From assembly GCA_001949185.1 (NCBI GenBank), contig BDGG01000016.1, positions 186,001-250,000 of the forward strand: a stretch of DNA of 64,000 nt, read 5' to 3'. Under the pieces are notes generated by a model, which was not told the origin of the DNA, ran no database searches, and worked only from the letters and a program-made list of their open reading frames with translations. Positions 1 to 20,800 of the stretch are shown piece by piece; positions within the stretch are counted from its first letter, which is position 1, and the number at the start of each line of letters is the position of its first letter. The stretch comes from Ramazzottius varieornatus (taxonomy: Eukaryota; Animalia; Tardigrada). A program made the position numbers and the translations under genes.

Positions 1-931
1 CTCAGTAAAGTCACATGGTCCTCCCTGCCTAATTTGTTTGTTGTGGGCCACGTGAGAATGCCGCAAACTGTGTGAATGGAAAAACCGGGTAGCCAGCCCA
101 TCCGACTATCCGACGCAGCCGGAAGTGGTCTTTCAGACAAATTGCACATGTATTTGATACATCTGTCCCATTTTGCCTCACAATGTTTCCGACTTGGCTT
201 CGAAGATGGCTCCATGAGTACGAGATCCTGCTTGTAAGCCCAACTGATACTTACTGGAACGCTGAACTACAGTAACTGGGACCGCAAAGCGAGGACCAAG
301 ATATCCGAAACGCAATGTACGCCATTTTTAGGCAACAGACAGTTTACAGGGCGAAGAGATCTATTACGATCGATAATAGTCCATGTCGGCAATCGATTCG
401 ACACTGTCAACAATACAGAGGAAAAAAATCGAAGTAGGATTTAGCAACCGTAGTACAAAAAATACAATACAAAGCAAACCGAAACCGAAACCAGTGGGTG
501 ATGTTGTGCACAGTGCCTCGTGCATCTGTGACCAGCACTAACATTCAGAACCTTAAAAATACAAAATACTACGACTCGACAGACAAGCGCAAAGTATAAT
601 GGATAAAAACGACGCGCTAGAAAGGTTGCAGCGCAACAGAAAAGAACCACCAAAGCGGATGATAAAAATACAAATAGGATGATCTGCTGAAAGCGATGAG
701 ATTTCGAAGCAACAAGCGTATAGCGTGGATGTCTTCTCAGGGAGTAATACATAGTACTACAGTAGCTTATGTAAAGAAGATCGGTGTACAAAATATCTTT
801 CTGCAACGGGGTGCGCGCATCAGTGTAATGTGACCATAGTCCGGCTCCTGGCGGAATGTGCAGGACGTTGCTTGGGCGGATCTATCAGCAAACTTCCTCT
901 GCCTTCCATCTGACGACTTCATGAACTCGGC

Positions 932-7663
<6,732 letters not shown>

Positions 7664-8803
7664 CCTCCTAAAATATAAAAGCCAAAGAATAAATGTGGGA
7701 GAGCACAAAAAGCGAAAATAAGGGAATATGTACTGGTGAGTGCGCGCACTGTTTTCAGCTGAATGAAATCGATGCACAGCTTGTGCTCGATGGAGATGTG
7801 GATTTTTCTGAATCAAACACGCTGCGAGTTGACGTCATCCTTTGGCAAGACGGGAAAGAGAGAGCGAGGGGGGCCGGCCTTGGACAGTATGAATGAGTAA
7901 TTGATGGATGACTCACGGTGGTTATACGCCGAATAAAGCCAACGTAGCAAACGTTTGCCAAACAGGCAGCAGAGAAAATCGAGAACAAGAAAATTTTATT
8001 TTCCGTGCTTCACTGTATGAGCTGGTGCGATATGACAGCTTGATAATTTCTCTCGCTTTCTTATCGCCATGTACCATATTGGTCTTTGTTTCCGCTACGC
8101 TCGGCCAGCTTGACTAAAGTTCCTTCATAAAATACGACCGACCGGAAACTCTCTAGTTTGAGCGACAGATAACTACCCTAATTACCGAACAAGATTGTCG
8201 CTCTCTTATCAATGCGGCATTGCCGGCGAAAACAAGCTCGTAAATTAAGAATTACCGTTTAATATGTGGCTAAGGTATATACCGATCACCTCTCAACAAA
8301 CGAGCTCGCCACTGTCCAGAACCGTCTAAACAGCTTGAGGCTAAAATACCTGATTTTATGGTTTTTGTCGACCCTCGAGACGTTTATTTCTCCGCCACTA
8401 GAACCTCTGTACATACGCAAGTAGACCGCATTGGCAGCATTGCGAAAATCGTGGGCCGCGGCCACAGTATTGTATTGATGATTCCTCTCTTTGTCTCTAC
8501 AGGTGGTGCTAGACATTGCACCGGAAGCCATTATAAAGCGAGGTCCTTCGCCGAGGTTACGGAAAAAATTGACCGCACAACAAGAAGCTTACGATGTATA
8601 CCAAGTCTTGTACTTCACAATTCCGCGCACAACAAAAGTTTTTCTCCCCTGCAAAATCGTACTCGAAATTTTAAAAACCGTCCAAAATCCTAAATTTGAA
8701 AATGTGACATACTGTAATATCCGCCACTATACAAGAGGAAGAGATAAACGACTAGCCAGTTCAAAAAGAAAAAGTCTAAACTTTGCCGTAAAAAGCAGCT
8801 GTA

Positions 8804-11800
8804 CTAATGTCTCAGTCGTGAAGTAACCGGCGCTGACAGGACCAGCGCTGCCTTCATGACTTTGGGGGACTCTGGCGACGTCAGCGTATAGTCCGACACT
8901 TTGGTGGTGAAGGAGCCATCAGCGTTTTTCTTGGTCCTTCCACTCAAGGCCAGCTCGCTCGGTCGTCCCACAGGTCTCCCTCCACTCGATGACGCCGAGT
9001 TCCTCAACGACAGCGTTACTTTCTTCCCACCACTACCACCACCACCTTGGACACTACCGGTCCCGGAGGACGACGAGTCCGAATGGACACTCTTGGCCGT
9101 GCTTTCATCCCCACCCATCTCACCACTCTTCATTCTGGCTAACGGCGGACTACTTCTCTGCTTTGGCACTGATAATCTATCAAAGACATTCGTCCCTAAA
9201 TACATGGCTTTGTTACTACTTCTCTCCGACTCGTCATTGGACGCTTCGGACTTTGGCGGTGACTTGGGCGTTTTTAACGAGGGATTCCACGGTGGGACCG
9301 CTCGTCGAATGGTCGTGTTGGCATACATGCTGCCCTTGCCACTTTCTCGCAACTCCTTCAGAGTCTTGACTTTACTGTTACCACTCAGTGTGCTCGACTG
9401 CGAGTTTCGAACAGAAAGACCCCGAGGGCCTTCTTCCACGGAAGCATCCGTCATACCACCTTCCTCGTCGATTACCTTGCCGTTCGTCGCCGGTAACCTC
9501 CGCCACTTCCGCAGTCGCTCTGAAGCCGTCCGTGTTAGCTGCTTCCGCGTCTTGTCGCTGCCACTCTTAATAGTGTCGGTATCGGTTTCTTCGCCAGAAC
9601 GCCCACCGTGTGGCTGCACGTTCTCCGAAGAGGACGATGCAGGGGAGGTTGTCCCGCTACCCAGAGGCTCGCCTGGGCAGCCAGCCTTTGGATCAAAGAC
9701 CAGCATGGCGTTAGCCAAGGTTTTGGAAGGTAGCCATGGACGGCTGGATGGTAAGTTCGGCTGGACTTTATTTTCTTGTAACGGCTGCATCCACTTGCTG
9801 GCTATGGACTGCGAAGGACCCTGCACCGGACTGAATGGTGTCTTCTGTGGTGCACGAGAAGGTGTACTCTGTGTTCTCGTACTAATCGGTACAGTAGGAG
9901 TTGGACCCACCACAGTCTGCGTCACCGTAGGCTCTGATCCTACCACACCGTTCCCTGGCGTACCGTACAGTGTATTCTGTGGTGAGGGAGACGGTACATT
10001 CCCCCCTACGCCATCGTGCACAGTCGCTAACGGAGTGGGCGCTTGTCCTACCGCTTCGTAGCCGATAGGATTTGGGTGGAACAACTGGGAGTTGCGATTG
10101 CTCAAAGGTGTTGTGGCCACCTGCTGTTGAGCTGTCTTCTCTCGACGGATATTTTGCCATGGATTGTTACTCTGACTATTCTGACTTTGGTTCGTCAGAG
10201 GACTTTGTTTGGCTTGTTGAGGAACATGTTGATCCATGGGTTGTTGGAGGGGAAGGCTAGAAGGTCGGGCTTGGGTTTGGTTGGTGTCGACCTGCATGCG
10301 GGAAGTCGGAGAGCGCGACGGTGTTGGAGGGGTCGGTGAGCTGGGAGGAGCAGCGTTGAGCCACGAAGAGACGTTTTGCTGTGGGCTGGGAGAGTGTGTC
10401 AGGGAGGACATCTCCACAGCACTGGAAGTGGGACGTTCGCGGCTGGCGGAACCTTCTTGAGATCGACCACCGGGACGAGATCGCAGAGAATGTCGCCCTA
10501 AGCAAAACAGAGAGGACGTTATCCAGAGCAATAGTGGCGGTATGAAAGATCAACGACGTACCGAAAGCAGGAAGGGCTTCGTTGGCGAGGACCCGTCCAA
10601 CCGTGATTCGTGACTGGGTGCTTTCCACGCCTTGAGCCAGGTACTCCATGAGATCGTCTTCATCCGAAGACCGAATCATCTTGCGAGCTCGCTTCTTAGC
10701 CCCAGCTGTGTCGGAAGCGTAGCCGCTCTCTTGCGTATCGCGCTTCGAGAAGGTGCCCGTCATTGTTCCCGTGTCCGAAGCATACTCGTCTGAACTCAAC
10801 ATTCCACTCCTATAGAAAGTAGTATCAAGGTACTCAAAGTTGCGTCCAGTTAACTTTCCCATCTAACTCCGGTCAGACCAAAATGGATTATCAACTTATC
10901 ACTTTACGTACCTGTCGGACATTCTCCGATTCGGCATGGTACTCCAACCAGTCGCTCGGTTCTGACCAGCTTTGATGGCGTTGTCGATCGATTCACCTGA
11001 AACAGATCTTTATTAGACTCGAATACAAATTCCACTTAATCGAATTTTAGGCCGCACAAAACTGATGCCACTTCCGGTTCGCAGTTCTGAAGCAGAAATA
11101 CATTCGTTCACTATGGTGACCTACCAGCTGCAATTCGACGTCGGAGTTTCTCCTCCTCTTCCTGTCGACGGTTTTCCGCTTTCACTTCCTGCATTTTCCG
11201 ATGTTCGTTCTCTTGGATAGCTTTTCGGAACTTTTGGCAGAAGTTGTGAAAGATCTTGAAGCAGTCTTCCAGCCGGAAGGTTGCCACGTCCTCGCAAAAG
11301 AACTCGGCAATGTCGACCCGTAAGCGCTCAATCTCGGCCACGTTGCTGTTCAGATTGTTCAGTTCCAGCTGGGCATCCTACAGTCAACAAAGCACGACCG
11401 GTTTTAAAAGTATTCTAAGAGGAACAACATTTTGTAGACTGTAGGCGGGCACAAAGAGGAAAGCGTACCCGTAGGAACTCCATCATGCGCTGCTTGACTT
11501 CCTCGTCGGCCTCTTCCAGTTGCTCCGTCAACCTTTGGCACTTCACATCCAGACTTTTGACCTCCTGTGTCAGGTTTTCAGTCGACAACCTGCAAGATCA
11601 TCCATTACAAACCAAGAAAGCAATGTGAGTTCGATTGGCTGGTACTTACTTGGCAGCTTCGCTCAGACCGTCCAGATCATCGGGGAAGCTCAGCAAGGAC
11701 GGATTTGTTATTGTCGCTTGCTGTAAACAAAAGAACCGCAATTTAGCTGATATTCTGGTACAACGCGGGTAGATCATGCTCAGCAGGGCGGTGAAACTTG

Positions 11801-14800
11801 TCACCCCGCAATTCTTACCTCGGTCACGTAATGGAGCAGGTTTATTGTCGGCTTGTTTGCTCGAATATCTGCCAGCTTGAGCAGAGACGACAGTTTGAAT
11901 CCGGCAGCGTTCCCAGCGTATCCGCCCTGCAACGACAAATGATTTTATCATTAGAGTCAGATAACTCACCCCACAAAATGGTGTTCCTGAGGTCTGTAGC
12001 GTGGTCATCTTATTCCAACTGACTTTGAAGTCTTGAAACTGTAGAGTATATCTACCCGACATGTATGAAGAAGATACCCGACATTTCTCTACAGTATGTT
12101 TTTCCAGTATTTTGTAAGCTGGACAAAGCCCTCGAAAATGCAACTATTTCAGCTGATATACGGGGCGGAACAAGCAGATACCCCTGAACGGAAAGAACGG
12201 GGCTTACGGTGTTGAGGAAATTTCCAGCCATGAGAACCATATGCAGCGTTTCGTGAAGGCGCGTGCTGCTCTTTATGCTTTCCGCTGTCCGGATGATCAC
12301 CTCCGCGCAAGGCTTCAGGTAGCCCATGTTCACCTCGAACTCCGACTCGAACAACATGGCTTCGATCCTCAACTTGTAACTACAAAAAAGACGCACCATT
12401 CATCCTTAGAAGGCCATTTTCCTGCATGGACTGTCAGACGCATTCAGCAAATTTCACTACGATATTTCTCTTACGATGATGTCAAGTTTCGGCTTACTTT
12501 AGTACTTGGAGAAGTTGATGCATGAACTTTTCGGCGGTGCCCAACCTAGCCGGGTTGCCTTCATAGCTCTTGAGCATGTCGATCTCATCCGGCTCGGGAA
12601 GAATCTTCAGCAAACCTCGCAGCTTCTCCGCGCCTATCCCCTCGTCGTCCCCACTCCTTATCAAGTCAATGATATTTTCGTGGGTGCTTCTGAACTGCTT
12701 AAGGAAGATGTTCACGTTCAAGCTTCTCTTTGGATCAAACAGGTTAATCTCATTCGAGTCCTTCCTCTTTCGCTCGATATCCGAAGAGACCGAATCGCGA
12801 GTCTTCTCACTGTCACCTAAATCCCATACTCAATATCAGATTACGCTCCTTCGATATCTCTATCATTTACATAATTCCGTTGGTTGATGAATCTGTTTTT
12901 ATCTATTTTTGTTTGAGAGCCCGGGTAACACACTCCATCAGATCGTTTCCCAAGTGGCGCACCTTTCAAGCCAATAACAATGACAGAGCGAGCCACTTGG
13001 GAGAACAATACCGTTTTTTCAAGTTGCGCACTGTCACAGCCGATAATATCGAAAACGTGCTCCAAATGAGAGATCAATCTGGTCGAGTTTGTTTATCGAC
13101 CTCCCGTTTCATGATTTCCAATATAAGTATTATTCGTTATTACCTTGCGGGGCGGCGAAGAGTTCTTCCATGACGCCGTAGTCCATGTTGCTGTTGACGC
13201 TGACCGCCGTCTTGGTCCACAAGTTGTCTTTTCCCACCACCTTGTGCACAGGAATCTTGTTCCAGTTGAACGTCTTCAGTCTTGTCTTTGGTTTCGGAAC
13301 GTTTTGCTGAGGCAAGGACATGAGTTCGTTACTGTTCTCATCAGCAAAGACCTCGTTCTTGGTGTTTGAAATATTGCTCTTCTGGTTCAGTTTCTGTGCT
13401 GCGTTTTGCGTGGTGGGCATTTGTGGAGGGGGAGGTGGCGGTGCGGGGACGAAGGAAGCGGAAGTCATTCCGGGAGGTGGCGGTGGTGGAGGAGGAGGAG
13501 GAGCACTACCAGTGAGAGGAGCTCCACAGGGCACCTGGAGGAAAAATAATCAATCAAACGGTTGTCATCTCAAGCGGCGCATGTTCTCATTGTTATTGGC
13601 TGAACGTGTGCGCTACTCCCGAAAACGACTTGGTTCAAGCCTTTTTCCCACGTCCCAAACTGCTAATCCGAAAAACATTTAGAAATTACGATCGCGAAAA
13701 ACACTTCGGGTCTGTTATTTTCTACCTCGACGTCCATGGTGGCGTCCGTGTTGGGAAACGTCACAGCTGTCAGCGAAGGCGATGAAAGGTCCTGGTTGCT
13801 CTTGAGACGGTCAGCTGTCTTGACGAGCTGGACAGGTGGACGAAGTAGCAGGTCGGCGTCTTCCTTGGCTTCCAGAAGGGTAGCGCGATGGACCAGCTTC
13901 TCTGCCGTGGACCAGATGACGTCGCCCAGCGAGTCATGCGGGTCAACTTGCAAGAGATGCTGCAGCAAGTTCAGGAAGACCACTTCTTGAGGACCACCGG
14001 AAACCTACAAAAATGAAACGTCGAGAAATTCTCTCCCCATTGCTTTCTCTAATCAGACGAGAACTGTTGGAGAACGTTGGCGGATCAGAACAAAGACAAA
14101 AGGAGGGCTTTTGTTGCTCGAATGCCTGTGTTTGATGTTTGGGCTCACCCTCACCATTACTGGATTCTCTTCTAGCCAAATGGGCTTCTTTTTGCAGGCT
14201 AAAAACAGCCTCCAAATTTACCTGGGCGAGGATGGCATGGAAGACATCCATCAGGTTGGAGAGATCAAGGCCATCAGGAGAGGCCAGGTTGGCTTCGTCG
14301 GCAAACTTATCTTCGTCAAACTTGTCCAGCTGATTGAACAGCTCCGTCTCGTCCGGATTCGCTTCGGCCCGGATGTGAGACAGAAGATCGAACAGCTTCA
14401 ACGCTACAAATAGTAACACCATCCATATTCCTCCCCGTTCTCTGCAGCTAGAGCATGTGCAACAGGTTGCTCAGTCCGAAACTTACAAATAAATTCGTTC
14501 CGTATCCGAACACGAGATCGCAGGGCTTCGTTGTTAGATATGACAGCGTTGATGAGGGTGATCAGCGTTGTCCGGTATGCCGCAGTTTTGGCTTGACGAA
14601 GCTCATCCACCAGAAGCTGGAAGCGCGAACAGTCTGTCTTCTCCGCCTAAGAGGACAAGAAAACAAGATAAACACAAGTCAAAACGAGCAGGTTTCAACC
14701 CCCGCTCTATCCCTTTCCTTACCCCATCGAACATAAACACCTGTCTCCCATCTACTAAAGCTTCCATAGGTTAAGGATTTACGTTTCTTGGAAGTCCAAG

Positions 14801-17800
14801 AGATCAAAACTGACAGTTTTGAATTCAGGAGATCTAAACTTTGGCAGCCCAAGTGGCGCCGGAAGTGGAAGTTCGGAAATCTTGCCAGCATGCAGTTCCA
14901 CTTCCAGTTTGTTGAGCAATGGAAATCCACAGTTTCATTGTAAGGACTCGCCCGACTCGGACACCTGTCGGCTGGAACAAACGGGCGCGAGACCATGCAT
15001 ATGCATGCTACAGCGGCGTATTACGTCATAGACCTGCGGGTTGGCTGACCATCTGTGCGTTGGTCAAGCCGCAAACGCGATGACGTAATGAGCCGCTTAA
15101 GTTGTACATTCTCATCTAAAATCTTATGAATTCAATTTAAACATCCTCGATCTTCGGAAAATATTTGAAAATTTATCCCGCACCAGATTGCGATTGAAAA
15201 ACTTCTAGTGCTGCCAAACAATTACACTGTCCATTGCAGAAGACTTGAAAAAAGAAGTGCGTGAATATGTTATCGTCGGAAAAATGAGGATAAAGGCATA
15301 ATTCAGACGATCGTGAAGTTCGTTAGTGGCGGATCGCCGAAAAGCAACAGATCCTTTCCCAAATCATACCATCAGCAGAATTTCGAAGTCTACACCGTCG
15401 CCGCAGTGATTTTTATCAGATCTACGGACTTTCCGCATTATAGTTGTCGGTACATTTCGTAAGCAAACCTGTTGACAGGTTCTTGAGGAAGACAACCTGC
15501 CGAGGAGGCAAATTCAAATCTTTCTCTGACAAGCTGCAGACATCTCGTTTGAATACCCTCGCACGACACGTAACCAAATTAGATTATACACGTAAACAAC
15601 GCCAATTACATTTCCTGCGTTTGAACAACAAAGTACTTAATCGAATGCACGACATTTTGACACTCGCGCGTTGTCCAATGTCAAACCTATCGCTCGGTAA
15701 ACTGGGGCAAAATTCGGGGTGAAATATTTTTCTCGACAAGAAAAAACAATTGTGTGTTATTTGCATAATTTTATGAATGAGGTCGACAATAAACATTCAA
15801 GAAAAAACACCTGGCTAACTCTTTTGGAATTTTACTTGTGTAATTAGACCCTGCGAAGAGCCGAAATCATATTTTTAGCTCGGCTGCACCAATAAAAGTA
15901 CCAACGAGCTCCGCAAGTAAAAACCGGCGCCGAGCAGACGGCGATTCGTCGATTAGAGCAGGTAGCAATTATATCTGCATAAGAACGCTACTTTCCCAAC
16001 GAAATGTAGGTGGACACACGGCTGGAGCTCGGCAGTGTCATTTCCGAAACTGCGCCGTATCAATAACAAGCGCGAATCCGCGATGACGTCACTGCGCCAT
16101 AGACTGACGACATCTAGATCACTTTCCCAAGTGGCGCAGGTGTTCATTAGTACCGACAGATAGCTTGCGCCACTTGGCCAAAAAGATTTGGATGGATTCG
16201 TTCGCCGACGTCCCAAACGTCTCCAGTCTTTCATTTCCAGTTTCTGTCAATATATTTTCTGGTTTCGATTTCCCAACTAACAGTTTATTTCTTCTGTTTC
16301 GGAAGAGTGTCTGAAGAAAAGGCTGCGATCATCATATCGTTGTAAGGTGCAATTTACCAGATGACATTGCGCAGGCCGTCTATCATGCCAAGTGCCACGC
16401 CCCGGGTCAAAAAGCGTGGGAAATAATGCCAGCAGGTTGTGAGCAGACCACGAATTTCTTTTTAGGATCAATGAGCAGTCATTAGAGGCACCCACAAACC
16501 ATCCAGTCTTGCGTGCATAGATCTTTCCATAAAATAGTAAAGTACCCCATAAAGCATTGCGACCTTCCATGGGAAAAATCACCTGCTGGCATTTTTGACG
16601 CCAAACTTTCCCACTAACAAATGAGCGCTCCATTACGAAAGAGATTTATGGTGCGTGGCGCATTACTCATTTACTGTAGTAATGCCTAGTTGCACCGGCT
16701 GGGAAGAGAGTGCGCTAAAGCTGAGTGTGGGGTTCTCACCTTGAATCGCTCAAAAATTTCCAGCGCTTTCTGGTAGCCATCTTGGTTGTGCACGCACATC
16801 GACGACAGCATATCCATGGCCTGCTTCTTTACCGCGACATTTGTCGAGTCCAGTGCTACAAAGTAAAACAAATATGCATTAGGAAATGTGAAGGATTCGG
16901 GTTGTGGTTGCGCCATAAAGTATTATGGTAGTTTACGCTGAAAATTCCAGGACATGTTCGCTCGCAAGAGGAAGTCATAAATTGTATAACATTGTCACGG
17001 TCACTGTGCCAGTTTTTCCGACTACACCGGATCTTACTGAGCCGATGAACGGAAGTTGTTGTGGATCAGTAGGTCTGGAAGCGCAACCTGATCATTGAAT
17101 GCTCCACACGAGGCACACTACACGCCAAATCGCCAAGGACCTATTGGTGGAGGTACCAGTCCTCGATCAACGCCGCGAAAGTTCAACCAGACGATAACAG
17201 GAAGCTTCAGCTGATGTGGCGAACTAGTAAAGAATTCATACAGCTATTCCGATATCCATCACTTGGTCCGCCAGTTGAACACAAGGACCAAGCTCCACAG
17301 AGCGCGTTCCGAGAAGGAAGTATTACCACTGGCGACTAAATAGACGGATAAGTCTAAGACCTCAAAAGTGTAGAAATCCCCCTATTCTGCATTCGGCCAA
17401 GTCGGTGAAAGGGTCTGCACTCCGAAACCCGTGAACCACAGCGCTATCGGGACTTCCTGCTTGTCACGTAAAACCCAAACATTGATAACCTCGAAGAAGC
17501 TAAACAGCGGCGGACCCTTTGCACTTATCAGTCATAAAGGCGCCATTCAGCAACAAACAAATACCGAACGATAATTGAGCATGTTCAAAGTCTTTAGACC
17601 ATTTGTACGCCCAGAAATATTCTCTAAACGGCCAATGTGTCTAACTTTGAATACAGTACTTGCATACTTCTGCAAAACAAACATCAAAACTAAATATCCG
17701 AACATCATGTACCGTTTTCCGCCGTCCGTTTCGAATTCTGAACAATCGTCCCTGTGTGTCGCCCCATCGTCCTTCAAAAATCGGAATGAAGTCCGCTTAC

Positions 17801-20800
17801 GAAATATCCTTTTAGCAATGGCCGCGAATCATTAACTGCCCGAGCAACATTCCTGCATCTTTTCAAAACTCCAAAATGGATTTCATAACGTAGAAAATGA
17901 GTAGTTCTGTGGATGCATATTTTCCGGCGAATTCAAAGTCTTCACGAACGTAACCTCGAACTTTGTACTTCAGGAACTCGATAACATGCAAAAGTCAAGA
18001 CATGTAACACGGAGAACTCAGTGCAGCAAATGTCGAAATTCCGGACTTGCAAAGAGCCGCTGTCAAAACACAAGTACTCGAGCCATAAAGAACAAGTGCA
18101 GCCATCAATAAAAACCAACGGTTGGCACGGATATTATGCTGTCTGAGTATCGCAATATTCCGTTGAGATACACGAAGTACGTTCCAAGCTACTGTTTACG
18201 TTTACCTGTAGAGCTCCAACGTCGGGGTACCTGATGGCGAAATATATTCAGTGCCATCAGAAGGCGGTCAATTCAAGCAGTGTGCCGTATCGCTCATGCG
18301 GCGCGTGGTCAAGCATTACTTCATACTTAACGCATACACCAATGCAAATCGCATTTCATCATGTCAGAAGCAAATATTTTTGCGACAGGCAGGCAAGCAG
18401 GCGGACAACCGTGGTGGTACGATCCCATAAATTAAAACGTGCTAATTTGATGCACATTAAAACTGTTGCTCCACCGTAACAAAAATTAATCCGCCTACTG
18501 CGACTACTTATTGCGAATTTGCGATCGTACCTGCGTAATCTCGTTCTTCGTCGATCGCTTCAAACTCTTCGTAGTTCCTCATATCCCAGGTACTGCACAA
18601 AAAGCCCACACACGTATCCAGACTCCAAATGGGAAACTCACAGGTGAGGTTCCTTCACCCAGCCATCTGTTCCCGAACGGTAAACACAGTACCGCAAATT
18701 AAGTCCGATCGAAAGAAGTGCTTGTCATCCAAGAAAGACATGAGTCAGCACGGTACCGTGTGACAGTAACCCACAAAGTTCCTTTCATCCGGCACCTGTA
18801 CCATCCTATTCAGGTGAGGCCTTTACCCAAGATCGATCAAGTTGATTCTGTCGGGTACAGCGAGGTACTCGGCAGGAACGGTTATGCGAGAGATCGACCA
18901 GTTAAAGTGGACCTGGAGAAACTCTGTTATCGAAGGTCGACCAGAATAACGGAACGGAGATGCGGACGGTGAAGTACACGAAGGTGTGCTAAGTGGATTT
19001 TTGGACATTACGCCACCTCCCGGCTTGTCGATATTTCCAACATCAACAGGGCTTATTATGTGGATGGGACAAAGAGCCACATTAAAGCCTGACTTCTCAT
19101 CCTTCGCCCTGACACCCATGACAATCGATCATATCGAGACTCTCACTAATATGTGCTGTGACAGCGCCTTTTGCCAGTCATGATCACAAACTCCTTTTGT
19201 TGCCCCGCTGCTTTGCATTGCTTTGCTAAAGGCAGTGCTGCCAAAGGTAGGTTAGACACGTAGTACGGATAAATCATCGTTAATTCCATACGGAACTGAA
19301 CTATTTTTACGATTGAAGAGTTGACTAGAACCACTGCAAGCGGATCTGACAACCCCCTTAACCGCCCCATCCGGATAACACGAAGGTGCGCCGTTGGGTT
19401 CCCGGCAAGAAGGGCGCACAGGACAACGCGGACCGACCCCAAGCTCGTCGTGTTGAATATCAACGCAGGTAGTATGATCGATAATTCTCTATACCGCCAT
19501 TCAATGTGACTCTAGGGAACTCGAACTTGAGGCTGAGTGGAAGTTGAATACCATCCACACTGAAGTGCGTCTTCGTCGAGAATCTGGGTGAGTTTTACCG
19601 AGAGATATCCCGGGTGAAGTGGCGCAGATCAGGTGTAAATAAAATTAACTGCTCAAGAAAATTATAATGTATGATTGTCAGGACAAAAGAGCAAACATGA
19701 AAACTTAAATTGATGGATGAGGTTTCAATCCAATGTGACGTTTGCGCTGGTTCGTACCGTCAAGTTCGCCGTGACGATCGCGAACTGTGTACCATAAACG
19801 CGCTGCAGGTACGCACGGCGGCAAGCCGGATATCTGTGATATTCTATCTGGTCGATAGTCAATTAAAAAAACAGTAGCTGGCGTCTAGCACTCGTCTGAT
19901 CTTTAACGTCATAATACCGACAGCTTGTCTCGACGCATTCCGCGGTTAAGATGAAAAGCATACAGCCACTTCATATATCCCAATTACCATCGGAATTCGA
20001 ATCTTCTGCCACAGATTGCGATGCTTTTACGCCTTATGCAGTACAGAACTTTGAGAAGTTGACATTCAAGATGTAGGTTACCACAAGCAGCTCCTTGACG
20101 TTAAGGACCCTCATAAACGCCACATAGCGTGACGATGACCCTCAACCGTGATGTGACCAGATGGGAGCTGTGTGAACAAAACGTACACGATGAAGGAATT
20201 GAATGGCGCACTCTTCCAGCCAACACAAAGAGGAAGTACGCCACTAGACATAACCATCTTCCACGTTTCGTCTGCCCAGCCCCTAGATGCTGCGCAGTAA
20301 TTGCAGCGCCACCTGGACCAAGTTCTGGAAACCTACCGTCGCTCTAGAAGCAAAGGTTCTTCGCTTCCTCGTTATCTCACCCCTGTCAAACTTTTGTTAT
20401 TGTCGTGAAAGAAATAAACTTCATTGTATTAGCCAACAAATAAAGTGCCTTATTCTGTTCCTGATATTTACGAGGTAAATGATAGCCGATATCACCATAA
20501 AGCTCGAAATGCATTATGCTGTTCTTGCCACGAAAGCCAAAGACACATGACATGATATGCTATAAACACAAAACGCAAAGACTAACCTGTCCATACTGCT
20601 GCCTTATTAATTATATCGTTCCAACAAATCGGACGCTTCGATATTCTGTACGTCCTGAGAACCTATCTTCTCAGTCTATTATTTGCCCATATCTTATGCT
20701 CCAATGAAAAGGTTTTTTTTCTCACACGCCTCAGCGAAAGGAATTCGTCACATTGTGAGCCTTGTCAAAACGCTTGCGCGATAGTCTACTTCCTGGTTTG

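Noticed and set aside
8901-10061. 386 aa plus-strand ORF
   Set aside because: It is the antisense shadow of the Ser/Pro/Thr-rich terminal formin exon and has no recognisable domain.
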